Source: the human T2T-CHM13v2.0 reference genome, Homo sapiens. From it: 64,000 nt of DNA. The DNA lies in assembly GCF_009914755.1 (NCBI RefSeq), contig NC_060935.1; one strand, written 5' to 3'. Positions 1-12,885 of the stretch are shown here, one piece after another (position 1 is the first letter of the stretch; each line of letters opens with the position of its first letter). The notes below the pieces were generated by a model, which did not search any database, was not told where the DNA came from, and worked only from the letters and a program-made list of their open reading frames with translations. Both the position numbers and the translations under genes were made by a program.

Positions 1-561
1 ATGCAGAAAGGTTGGAGCTGGGGAGGAGGAAGGCCCCCAGGAGCATGGAGGGATGGAGGAGGCTCAGGCAGGTGCCAGGGCCTGTCAGGTTGGTGAAGGC
101 TGAGATGCTAGCGGTTCACCTTTTCCTTTTTGTTCCATGAGAAGCCTTGATGACTGTCCTACTCTGTGATGCAGGCCTGGAAATGCAGACTAGAGAGCTC
201 CTACTCAGTGTCCACACACCAGAGGGAGCAATGAGCTTCCGGTGATGGAGGAGTATCTTTGTGTTTGTGAGAGTTCTTTGTGCACATGACTGAGCTCCAC
301 CTCAACTTCAGGTGATATTTTATCTATTTTCTGTTTGCTTCGTGGCATGGGGTCCTGGATACTGTTTCTTTGCTCCCTTCAGGAGGATCCATGTTCCTCG
401 GCATGCCTGAAAATGAAGGTGGAAACCAGGTAAGCAAGCCCTAGACTCAGCTCTCAGCTTATGTTTGGACTCCTGTTTTCCGAACTTATTAAATTAATGT
501 TGTTTTCACAGGAGACACCTCTAGTAAGAACTCTTGGGAAAGATGGAAGTATCGTCCTTTG

Positions 562-715
562 TAGGGGGACCAACTTATCCCAGTTAACCAACTTATCCCA
601 GTTATCCCTTTGTATGGGGACCAACTTATCTCAGTTGTAGGGGGACCAACTTATCCCTGAAAATCTCACATCTTGGGAAATCCCTGAATCCTGGGAAAAT
701 GGCGTGGCTGCTAAC
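562..715 (+). mobile_element. MER81/MER94-like hAT MITE with locally reiterated left end
   Basis: TAGGGGGACCAACTTATCC...CTGAAAATCTCACATCTTGGGAAATCCCTGAATCCTGGGAAAA resembles the recalled MER81 consensus; the left-end motif ACCAACTTATC occurs 4 times in 562-657. Confidence 0.6.
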
Positions 716-3237
716 GGCTTCTCAGGAAGCATGCTGACTGGGGCATGACTTACGGTGGGGACCAAGGCTTCTATCCAGAGCGCATAGGCAAAGCTCTCTG
801 GTGTGATGAGGGTTCCAGGCTAACGTCCCCACCACTGTCATCCAGTGGTCCTGGAGGGAACTACTGAGAAAGAGTAGGATATCTATGAGAGAAGGCATCT
901 CCACTTCTTCATCAGCTGCCTTGCCCTCCCATGTCCAGTGTCCTTGAGCAGGCCTGCAAAGTACGGTCGGCCTCTGGGAGTGGATTCTGCCCAATGGAGC
1001 TCACTTGCACCTGCAGGTCTGAGATTCTGCACTCATCTTGGCAGAGGGTTCCTGAGGGTCACAACAGAAAGCCTTCCTTCATTTGACTTTTTCAAAGAAG
1101 GAACAATGTGGTATAATTTATCTCTGAAAGATGAATAATGACAAAGAGACTTAGAGCTCCATGATTTAAAGAGGAAAATGGTAATATTCATGAATAATGA
1201 ATGTTTACACCTTGCCCAGGGAGAGGAGAGAGAAACCTGGGTCCCCACCTTTTGTGTTGTTCTTGTTATTCAGTGTCAAAACAAAACCATGGGTGCCCTT
1301 GCCTGACACCACACACTCATAGGTGAGAATTTTCCCAGGTTCAGTGCCCTTTCACCTTTCCCACCCTCTGTTCTTCTCTGTAACTTCACTTTCACTCGGG
1401 CTCACCTCACGTGGCCACCATCCTATCCTGCAGCACACGGTCACAGAGAGCTTAGCCCTGAGGTTGACTTCTTTTGTTCCAAAATTCTCAGGCCTGGGCC
1501 ATTGCGTCTTCTGCTGGAGGCACGCATCTAGCGGCGTGTACTCCTCCCCTGATCCTCATGTTGTGTTTTCTATCAAGAACTACTTTCTCTTAATAAGACG
1601 GAGCCCATTCTCTAGGGAAAGCCTGCAACCAGGCATGTAGAGCCTGGTAGCATCTCCATCTTCAGGCTTGCTGTTCAAGAATACCTGCAGCGATGAATCA
1701 TAAAGAGGGTATATTTCCAGATATGCTTGGAGAAAGAACAGAAGGAGGCATCATTGCCAAAACAGTAGAGGGCAGGCCATGAACTAGCTTCTATGAATTC
1801 CTTAGAGTCACTTGCTTAAAAGGAGAACCTCAGTCCTTCTGGAGCACTGAAGGCGGACAAGAGCAGCTGCAACCTTCACCAGATCCCAAGCCCTAGGGCT
1901 GTGGTAGGCCACGTGCTGCAGCTGCCTAGGCTTTCCTTGCTACGCACAGAGAATGCATGATGGCCAGAGCCCTGATCTTGGGCAGACCGTCCCTTCCAGG
2001 GACTCTTTTTGACTTAAAGTAATTTTTAATGCCCCAAAGCCCAATCTAAAGAACCCCGACTCCTGTGCCACCCCAGCCTCTGCCCCAACACAAGTCCCAG
2101 CCCCAGCTCTTACCTGGAATGCTGCCCAAGGACAGACCCTGGATCTCATTCAGGCATAGCCCAGGACCCCTCAACTACCCTTCGCTGCCAACAACTCTCC
2201 AAGCCAGGTCTGGGACAGTGGAGTGTCCCTCCATAAAACCCAGAATGAGATACAATCTTTCACCACAACTGAAGTCCCAAGCCTCAAATGAATCACGTGG
2301 AAGAAGTAATTGGAAAGTTTACCGGGTTTATCTTCTGAGGCGCAAAGGTCTCAGGAAGGCTTTGGTTCTCCAGTTCCCTCCTTTCTCCAAGGCAGCCTGG
2401 CCTCTCAGTCCTATGTGCTGGTTTCTGTCCTCCGTGGAGAACTCACTATCATGAAGGAGACGTGGAAACAGCCTGAGCACTACCTGCAACATAGGGTCAC
2501 CCCAGACCAAAAGGGCGGGCACAGGTGATGCAAGAGATGGCTGTCTGTGCAGCCTCCAATGACCAGGGCATCTCAGGTGGTGGCAGAGGTGGCCTTCATG
2601 CTGCTGTGTGTCAGGGCCAAAGCAGCAAGGGTGTCAAGAAGGCTGAATTCTGGTGACCAGGAAGACACTATGTGAGGAACTCAAGAAAATTTCAGTAGGA
2701 AAGGAAATAGGGCTTGCCCGGGAAGAGGCCCTCAAGGAAACCTATCAATGGGCTCACAGAGCCTCTCAGTGAGGGGGTGGGGTTGATTCTGAGAAGGAGC
2801 AAGAGGGTGACTTTGGGGCACTCACAGAAGAACTCACCAACAGGTCCAAGGCAGATGCAACGGATACACCCTTGAGTGGACACTTAGGAAAGAAGTTGGG
2901 GCAGGTCCCCCGCCCATGCGCCAGTCATGGTGTGCAGTCCACCTTCCTGTCTCCTGGCTTCCCAAGCCTCTTGGAAACCAACTGAACCTTTATCTGATGC
3001 TTTTCTGATCAAGGATCAAGTCCTTGATCCAGGCCTTGGCAGGTACAAGGAGCCCAGCTTACCTGGTTTCTTGTGTGGCAGAGGCTGCTCATCTCTCAGG
3101 GTCCTTGAGTGCGTAGAACAGTATCAGTTGAGGCAGACCCAAGCCTGGCTGCATTTCCAGTCTTTCTTTCCCCCTTCAGCCACCCGTGGTTCAGGGGAAG
3201 ACTCCATAGTGACGTTCTGCAGCCCCTTAGAGGAAAC

Positions 3238-3788
3238 TGTAGGGGCCAAAGGAAAACTTCCCCTCTGCCCTCTGAAGTTTCACAAAAAATCAATGGACAA
3301 AAGGCAGATTAATAGGAGAAATGGCACAGAAATGTTTTAATATGCGTGGAGGAGAACAACAGCATGACTGCCCTAAATGCCCATTGGGGTCCAGAAGCTT
3401 TTATATAAGCTCAAGGGCACAGAAAGAATTGGGGCTTGGAGCTTGACAAAAAACAGGCAGGGCAAATCAGGTTCAGTGGCAAGACAGAGGGTGAGAGGGA
3501 GCAAAGAAGAGGGGTGGCTGGCGGAGGTGGTCTTGTTATGTGGATGGACCCCACAGGAAGCAGCCCTCAGAGAGAACAGGTGTAAATGTTTATTTCAGAC
3601 CTTTGAAGGGGTCAGACTCTCTGTTGATCTTTCATAGCCTGGCTGCATCAACGCAGATGCTCTACAGAGGCAAATCTCACCCACAAGACAGCTTTGCATG
3701 GCTGCTTCTGCCTGCAGGCCCTTTGAACAGCCACCTCAAAATACGTCAAAGATTTATGTTTTAGGGTGAAATATTTTGATTTCTTTCA
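3238..3788 (-). mobile_element. Solo ERV1 LTR, MER34 family
   Basis: TG...CA termini; minus strand starts TGAAAGAAATCAAAATATTTCACCCTAAAA and ends CTTTGGCCCCTACA; flanks AAAC/AAGC as a near 4-bp TSD. Confidence 0.75.
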
Positions 3789-6700
3789 AAGCAATCAAGC
3801 ATGTCTTGGAGGAAAGGTGATCACAAGAAATTCAGTGTCCTCCTTGGTCCTCCTCTCCCTGACTCTGTGGACGAGGGAGGCCACATAATGCAAACATGTT
3901 CTCCCCTGCTGCTGTTTGTGGCCTCATCCCCTGCATCCATGATGGAACCTAGCATAGTGGGATTACCTGGGGGCCGATGGGGCCAGCCCAGAGCTGCATC
4001 CAAGTCACAGGATGATGGAAGAAGAGCAGTGCCCAGCAGACTGCAGCCAGTCTAGCCATGTTTCAGAAGACACAGTGCACAGGTGAAGGTGGACCTCTTC
4101 CCAGGGCCGACAGTTCTAGGGAGAGAGTTAAGGATGAAGGGTCTATAGCTGTCAACCAAAACCCAGAGAGCTCCTGAAAACCAGTGAGCTGGGAAGCTCC
4201 CCCAAATTAACGGAGCTCTGAGTAGTCTGAGAGTTCCAGTAACTCCCTGCAAGAATGTGGGTGGTCCTAGGCCTGGGGAAGTATCTCCTGAAGGCCCTCA
4301 TGACAGCAGGCTGGAGCTCAAATTTGAGATGGAGCTCAGATGCCACCACTTGAGATGTCCTGGTCATTCGAGGCTGCACAGAGAGCCGTCTCTTGCATCA
4401 CCTGTGCCCGCCCTTTTGGTCTGGGGAGGGTGCAGAGCTGTGCTCATGGCTATACCACTGAAGTGCCCCTGATTTGACACTTTTGCTTCCAAAAGCTCCC
4501 AGCTGGTCCCTGTCCCCTGAATGTCTACACAGGATATCTGGCTGCCTCCAGCTTTCCAGGTTTTCCATATCCACCTTCAGGACAGAGGGAATCCCTTGAG
4601 TGCCAGCCCTCAGGAAACTCAGAAAAAGGATGAGTTGTTTATTTCAGTGGATTCACTCTAGAGGTATAAGTCTTATTAAATATTTTAGAAACAATGTTTA
4701 AAACAATGATACCGTTCTTTCTTGTGATACCATAAGATATTTTTACTTTTTTTGTGTGGGTTTTTTTCCCCAATATTTTTATAAACTCCCTGTAGCCTTT
4801 GGATCATTTTTTCTTTTCTTTTTTTTTTTTTTATAAACGAGTAACACAGAGTGTGATCCGATGTAAAATTCATTTTGACCTTCCTTCTCTTATCAAGGTG
4901 CCAGTCCAATGTGATGATATCAAATTAAATATCCTCTCCACAAGTGTTTCAGCATAGAATTGTTAGGATTTTATCCACCAGCAACAGCAGTAGGCTTTGA
5001 GATTGTAGCAATGAGTTTCTAGCTCTGAAAAAAAGTCCATCCACTTTCAACCTGCACGTCTGCCTCAGCTAGGTCCTCTGCATTCTCAGTTTATCACAGG
5101 GCTGTTCATGCCTGAAGTGTCCGTTTTCAAACACTCCAAAGCGCACTGGGTGTTACAACAAGTTAAATCTCTCTTTCTCATGAAAAATGATTTCAAAGTG
5201 CAGAGTGCAGCTTGTAAATTTAAAGCTGGATATACAAAATAAGTTACAGTCTTAGGAAAGAAATGAAAAAATTCTGGTTAACTGCACTGCCTGATTTCTG
5301 CGACATTATTTTGAATTAAAAAGCAGTCTTACCTCCAAGAAATGAGTCATTTGTCACTTTTAGAGTTTTTGTTGAAACCTGTACATAATGTCAAACAACA
5401 TAGGTGTAGTTTGTTCGTCTTTTTTTTTTTTTTTTTTTTTTTGGCTGTTTATCTTGAAAGATCACAGTTTTGGAGAAAGAACATGACAGTTTTTGTTTTA
5501 CTCTAATCTTTTTCTCCATTCTCATTGCCAGTGCATTTCCAAATGAGACAAGGACATTCTCCTTGTCCCCCACTTTGAAAATATGATTTGATGGCAGACC
5601 AACATTTTAACAACAGTATCAGACAGCTTGTAAGTCCATATCTAAGGAAACTATCACCTTCCATTTCTATCAAGTCAGAAATCTCATTAAGCGACTCTGC
5701 AGGTTAATGAGAAACTAAAATGTGACAAAATTATTCATTCTGAATGTTTCCATGTTACAAGCAAGCAAATCACACCCCTTCATAGCAGAGTCGTGCACAA
5801 GATGAACCGACATTTAGCAGGTTATACTCTTCTCATCATTTTCTTTGGTAAGAAATTAACAGGCTGAGTTGAATCTGCCACAGTTCACATTTGCATAATG
5901 GAAACTTGAGGAATATGCAGATATATGAACAATGTCTAGTTTATATCTAGATAACATTATTTTTATGATTTCTGTGGTTACACAATTATTTTTCACAGAA
6001 ATCAGGATGACTAAAACCTTTTTTATTTTTTTTACAAATCAAAGTTTGATCGGAACTCAAATGTTTCCCTAAGAGTCGGGGAACACTTTTGTATTGATGT
6101 GGTCACTCGGTACCATAGAAAGATCTGACAGAAACAACTCTGCACTCCTGGGCCAACACATCTGTCATCAAAATTCTCCTTTTGTTTGCCCACAGGGCAC
6201 TTTAGTTGGAGCTTCTAAAGGAGGAACTGTCCCTTTGCTTAGCCTGATGGAACCGTAAAGGGGATGCTAGGATAATGATATTCATTCCTGCCCTGTGTCC
6301 AAGCTCATCCAGCCTTCACTCTTCACAATGCAGCTTTGGCATCTTTTTGAGAGATGACAAACCTTGATTGATTTAGACGTGCTTTCCTGTCTCCTCCTGG
6401 ACCTGTGAGATCAGCCTCCACAGAAGCTTTCCCACCCCTTCTCCACTGTGCCCCTGCCTGCCCCATACTGTTTCTGCATATTATTCTGGGGGGCTCTGTT
6501 TTGGTTGTTTGCCTAATTCAGCTGTAGGTCTTCGTTCATTTGTCATTAAAGTAACACAGACATTTAGACTTTTTCAGTGGTGCCTGTGTCGTACTGCTAT
6601 TATTATTGTGAGCCTTCTCGTTTCTATTATCTGAACTCTTAGAATATGTGGTCAGGATATTCACAGTGTTACAAATTAAACTAGCACTCTCTTGATGCGA

Positions 6701-7467
6701 AGCATAAGTTAATCCACAGGCAACTCACAGATCTACTGCTTTGCTCACCATCACAGCACAGTCACACACTTGGGTCGCGTTGCCCGAAGTGGATGACCCA
6801 TTACTGTAATGTGCCCATCACTGCTGCCCACATCAGCAGGAAGACAGCCACAGCGGACATGGAAGACAATGAATCTGTTAGACATGGAAGACAATTTGAT
6901 ACTAAAAACAGCATTGCTTTCAGCCCCTATTTTTTTCTTTTGGTCATTGTATGGGTTTCATTTCCCATACAATGACCATACCTGACTACAGTGGTTGTCA
7001 CCCGGGCAGACACCCCATGCAATGCCCACCTCCTTTCCTTCATGACCACCTCTGCAACAGCACCATGCACTTGGAGGAGGGTGCCAGATGCCTGAAGAGG
7101 GCCTGTAACCAGTTCTGCGTGAGGCTGGCTCACCGAGGATTAGCTGGGTTCCCGCATTTATGCTGCAGGTGGTGTTACAAGGGAAACATGTTTTTATTTA
7201 AATATCTCTGCTCTCAACATATTCATTTTATTTTACTTTATTTTGCAGGAGTGGCTTTCTACAGCTCTGCCACTGAGGAATACAAGGAGTTTGAAAACAG
7301 TTTTATTTTTCCTTTTCTGTCACAAGGGCCTGGCAAACGGACAGAGCCCAGGGTCAGTACCGTGTGGTGGCAGCAGGCCTGGGGTTCTCCCTGCTCTGCC
7401 CACAAAGATGTGTGACCCCGAGCAAGTCATTCTACCCCTGCAGTTCTCATTTTCAAATCTTATAGCA

Positions 7468-9243
7468 AAACAATCTGTATAACTGGATTAAAAAATGGAC
7501 AAAGGACTTGAATAGACATTTCTCCCAGGAAGATACACAAATGGCCAACAAGCATACAAAAAAGGGCTCAGCATCACCCATCATTAGAGAAATGCAAATC
7601 AAACCCACAATGAGATATCACTTCACACCTGTAAAGATGGCTATTATCAAAGCAAAACACAAAAACCAAAAAAAAACCCACGAAAGGTAAAGGTTGGCCA
7701 GGCTGTGCAGAAATCAGAACCTTTAGACTGTATTGGTGGGAATGTAAAATGGTGCAGCCACTATAGAAAACAGTGTGGAACTGTTGGTGGGAGTGTAAAC
7801 TAGTTCAACCATTGTGGAAGACAGTGCGGTGATTCCTCAGGGATCTAGAACTAGAAATACCATTTGACCCAGCCATCCCATTACTGGGTATATACCCAAA
7901 GGATTATAAATCATGCTGCTATAAAGACACGTGCACACGTATGTTTATTGCGGCACTATTCACAATAGCAAAGACTTGGAACCAACCCAAATGTCCATCA
8001 ATGATAGACTGGATTAAGAAAATGTGGCACATATACACCATGGAATACTATGCAGCCATAAAAATGGATGAGTTCATGTCCTTTGTAGGGACATGGATGA
8101 AGCTGGAAACCATCATTCTCAGCAAACTATCACAAGGACAAAAAACCAAACACCGCATGTTCTCACTCATGGGTGGGAATTGAACAATGAGAATACTTGG
8201 ACACAGGAAGGGGAACATCACACACCAGGGCCTGTTGTGGGGTGGGGGACGGGGGGAGGGATAGCATTAGGAGATATAGCTAATGTAAATGACGAGTTAA
8301 TGGGTGCAGCACACCAACATGGCACATGTATACATATGTAACTAACCTGCAAGTTGTGCACATGTACCCTAAAACTTCAAGTATAATAATAAAAAAAAAG
8401 AAAAGAGTGTGGAAGTTCCCCCCAAATTAAAATAGAACTATCAAGTGATCCATCAATCCCACTTGTGGGTATTAATCTATAAGAACTGAAGTCAGGATCT
8501 CGAAGAGATATCCGCACTACCATCTTCATGCAGCATTGCTCACAGCAGTCAAGATGTGAAAGCAAGCTAATTGTCCATCAACAAATGAGCAGATGCAGAA
8601 AACGTGGCTTTTTTGTGTTTTTATAGCAGTCTGAGTGAACTAAGACACTAGTGATGGGCTCTTACAGGCATCACCTCATTAAATACCAACACTACTCCAT
8701 TATAAACCCATTTTAAAATTGTGGCTTCAAGAGGTTACATTAAGTAACTCATTCAAGATCAGGTATACAGGCTGCTCTCTGGAAGTCCAGATTTAGGCTG
8801 GAAGTCCAAGATCAGGGTGCCAGGATATTCAGTGTCTGGTGAGGGCCTGCGCCTGTGTATGTGTGTGTATACACACAGTGGAATATTACTCAGCCTTGAA
8901 AAAAGAAGGAAATTCTGCCATTTGTGGCAACCTGGATGAACCCAGAGGACATTATGCCAAGTGAAATAAGCCAGACACAGAGAGACAAACACTTCATGAT
9001 TTCACTTAGGAGATGTCTAAAACAGTCAAATTCATAGAAACGGAGTAGAATAGTGGTTGTCAGAAGCCAGAGGAGGCAGAAATGGGGAGTTTCTGTTTAA
9101 AAGCTATAAACTTTCTGTTATGCAAAATGGAAAACTTCCGGAGGTCTGCTGTGCAACGTCGGCCAATGGCTCCATTATTGTACTGTGTACTTAACGTTTG
9201 TTAAGAGGACAGATCTCACACTGTGTTCTCACCACAGTAAAAA
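7468..9243 (+). mobile_element. Old L1 (L1MA/L1MB class) ORF2 3' end and 3' UTR, interrupted by two inserts
   Basis: ORF 7508 [16 protein letters not shown]...[17 protein letters not shown] is the L1 ORF2 C-terminus; continues at 8415-8607 and 8854-9243, ending GTTCTCACCACAGTAAAAA. Confidence 0.85.
7781..8398 (+). mobile_element. 5'-truncated young L1PA (about L1PA3-5) with poly(A) and 16-bp TSD
   Basis: ORF 7941 MFIAALFTIAKTWNQPKCPSMIDWIKKMW... is the L1 ORF2 end; G-rich 3' UTR; TSD AGAAAA(C/G)AGTGTGGAA at 7765-7780 and 8399-8414. Confidence 0.95.
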
Positions 9244-9659
9244 TGAGAGGCGCGGCCTCTGCCATTCTTTCACCACGCTTTGCTGGGTGCTCACTACCTA
9301 CGTGCTGAGCACTCTGCTCGGTGCATCGCTGAGCTGCCTGTTGAGGAGTCAAAGGGGTTTGAAGACCCGTAATGTATTTACATTGGGAAGGACAGATTGG
9401 CAGTTTCACCCTCGGGTACCCCAGTGTCATCTGGGGCCCTGGTCCCTGGTGCCCACCAGAGTTTTCTGCTCTCCCCCGATTCCCTGCAGACAGGGAAGCA
9501 TCGGTTACATTATCCCCCAGAGTCCCACTAGGCTGAGAACTTGGGGAGCCACCTGCACACCTGATCTTGAAAAGTTACTTAGCCTCTTGAAGCCACACCT
9601 TTAAGATGGGTTAATAATGAAGTTGTGTTGGTGTGTAATGAGGCGGTGCCCGTCACTGA

Positions 9660-10288
9660 TGTCTTAGTCCGTTCTGACTGCTATAGCAAAGCACCTTGGC
9701 CTGGGCAGCCTGCCGATGACAGACATGATTTAAAACAGCTGTGGAGGCTGGATGTCCAAGATCAAGGTGTCAGGAGGCTTGATGCCTGGCCAGCGCCTGT
9801 TTCCTGATGACATCTTCAAGGGTGAAAGGGGTGAGGGGTGCCTTTTTCTTTTTCTGAGATGGAGTCTTGCTCTGTCACCCAGGCTGGAGTGCAGTGGCAT
9901 GATCTTGCTCACTGCAACCTTTGCCTCCCGGGTTCAAGCAATTCTCCTGCCTCAGCATCCTGAGTAGCTAGGACTACAGGTGCAAGCCACCACGCCCAGC
10001 TAATTATTTTGTATTTTAGTAGAGACGGGGTTTCACAGTGTTGCCCAAGCTGGTCTCGAACTCCTGAGCTCAGGCAATCCACCCACTCGGCCTCCCAAAA
10101 TGCTAGGATTACAGGCGTGAGCCACCTCGCCCGACCAGGATGTCCTTTTCTAAGAGCACGAATCTCTCTCATGAGGATGCTGTCCTATGACCTAATGACC
10201 TCCCAATGCGCCACCTCCTAATATCGTCACCCTGGGGTTAGGGTTTCCACCTAGGACCTGGGGGAACACAAGCACCCCATCCATAGCA
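9660..10288 (-). mobile_element. MLT1A-type MaLR LTR, split by an Alu
   Basis: TGTCTTAGTC...GGAGGCTGGATGTCCAAGATCAAGGTG...CCATAGCA termini. Confidence 0.8.
9843..10136 (-). mobile_element. AluS
   Basis: T-rich tail, GAGTCTTGCTCTGTCACCCAGGCTGGAGTGCAGTGG, both monomers present, ends GCCCGACC. Confidence 0.95.
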
Positions 10289-11379
10289 CCTGGCAAGTAC
10301 TCAGTAAATGTTGGTGCCTACGTTTGTTACATCTCGGAATGAGACTTGCGATGATCCCCTGCACGCAGTGTTTCTCGGAGCCCCGGCTCCACTCTCAGAG
10401 GATGGCATTCCAGCTCCTCAGGCCGCCTTCTGCAGTCTCACCTTATTCTTGTTTTCTGGAAGTTTTTTTCTAATTTTAAGCCAAGCACCACTCGTTGATA
10501 TTTTAAGTACTTTTCCCCCTTGCTTCCCTCCCACCACTTCCAGAAATAATGCAGAGCTACCCATCCCCTTCCCTGCCTAGCAGCTCAAGCTTCTTTGTGT
10601 TGTTAACATACGCACTCCAGCCTCATCCCCAGCGCTGCTGTCAGGGGCCAGCACGGCAGTGCAGGAGCCGGGTCAGAGCGAGGAGGCCTGGGGCCCCTGC
10701 CAGGTATAGGTCTGCAGCCCCATTGCAGGCTGCCCCCCACCATTGTTTCTCGGGAGCAGTCCCAGAGCCCCAGCAGCCCTCGGCCTGCCATGGGTGACGG
10801 TCAAGTGTGCAGCGAGTTGGGGAGCCCAGGCCTGGGCTGCTGAGCTCATGCTGGGAAGGTGGACCTTCTCGGGGGCTGAGGCTTACTCCCATGCAGGAGT
10901 ATCTGTGTATTCCCTGAAGCAGCGAGCCAGGGCTGAGAAAAAGATGGGGAGGCCTGGCTCTGGTGTCTCGATTGACCTGTGCTGTTTCAGGAGCTGTGAG
11001 ACAGGAGCCATGGGGAAGCTGACGGACCAGTGCCACCAACAAGAAGAAACAGCCCTTCCTCCAGACAAAGGCTGCAAGCTGGCCTGTCTGCACCGCTCAG
11101 GATCTGGAGCGGGAAGGCCTCCGCTGATGTTCTGACTCTGCTGTGGCCTCTAGATGCCTTCTCTAGCAGGGATGCTGGGTGGGGATCCGGTGTGCCTGGT
11201 GTAAACTCTGGTGGGCCTGCCCTCTTTTCAGCACCAACACCACATAGACAGTGATCTTGGCAGGCCAATAACCAATCTGGGTCTCCTTTTTCTTGTCTGT
11301 ATACAATAAGTAGAACAATATTCAGCTGAATTTGATAATGTGAGTGATAGGGCAGTATCCTCATACATTTTCCCGTTCA

Positions 11380-11540
11380 CCTATTCATTTCATTTGTTCC
11401 TGCATGCATCTATTAACTGGCAGGCCACACTATGCTGGGTTTACACACTGAGGATTCAACTAGGAACAAGATAGATGATTGCTCGCTGTTTTGAAGTTTA
11501 CATTCTGGGGGACGCGATGATAAACAGATACATGAGACGG
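11380..11540 (-). mobile_element. L2 3' fragment
   Basis: TTCATTTCATTTGTTC...TATGCTGGG...GAAGTTTACATTCTGGGGG pattern. Confidence 0.45.
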
Positions 11541-11819
11541 GGAGGACTCTGCGTGTGGGTGGAGAGCCACTGTGTTGTGTTGGAGAAACCCGTGCTTGCC
11601 AATCATGCCATCAAGCTGGACACTGCTGCCTCCCATGCCCAGTGCATAGGGCCTGGGGTTGATGGCCTTGAGGACTGCACGGCTGATCAGTCTTGGGGTC
11701 TCTTTAGCTAATGTCCTGCTGCTAGCAGGATGTCTGGTGCTTGGTCAGCCCCATGCAGGGTCCTCTGGAGAGAAATTTGCCCTGAAAACCAGTAAAATGT
11801 GATTGTTTAGAGCAGGAAA

Positions 11820-11995
11820 TTTGCTGTCAGAGCACTGCTGCATACTAATTGCATAACCTTGGGCAAGTTCCTTATCCTTTTGAAGCCTCAGTTTTCCTAT
11901 CTGCAAACGAGAGATGAGGATACCTAACTTCACAATATGTGTGAAGCACTCAGCAAGGCCTCTGAAGGTAGTAAGTGCTCAATAGATGTTACTCC
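11820..11995 (+). mobile_element. MIR
   Basis: ACCTTGGGCAAGTTCCTT...GCCTCAGTTTTCCTATCTGCAAA...TAAGTGCTCAATA core. Confidence 0.8.
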
Positions 11996-12059
11996 TGTGT
12001 CTGTACTATCATTGTTATTGGTAGAAAGTGAGCAGTTTTAATAATATGCTTTTTTTCCC

Positions 12060-12885
<826 letters not shown>

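Noticed and set aside
7249-7352. Other isolated splice-like signals (7248/7353, 21536, 21860, 49479)
   Set aside because: No consistent exon chain or coding frame; expected background frequency
7508-8341. ORFs as host genes
   Set aside because: They are L1 ORF2 and 3' UTR fragments
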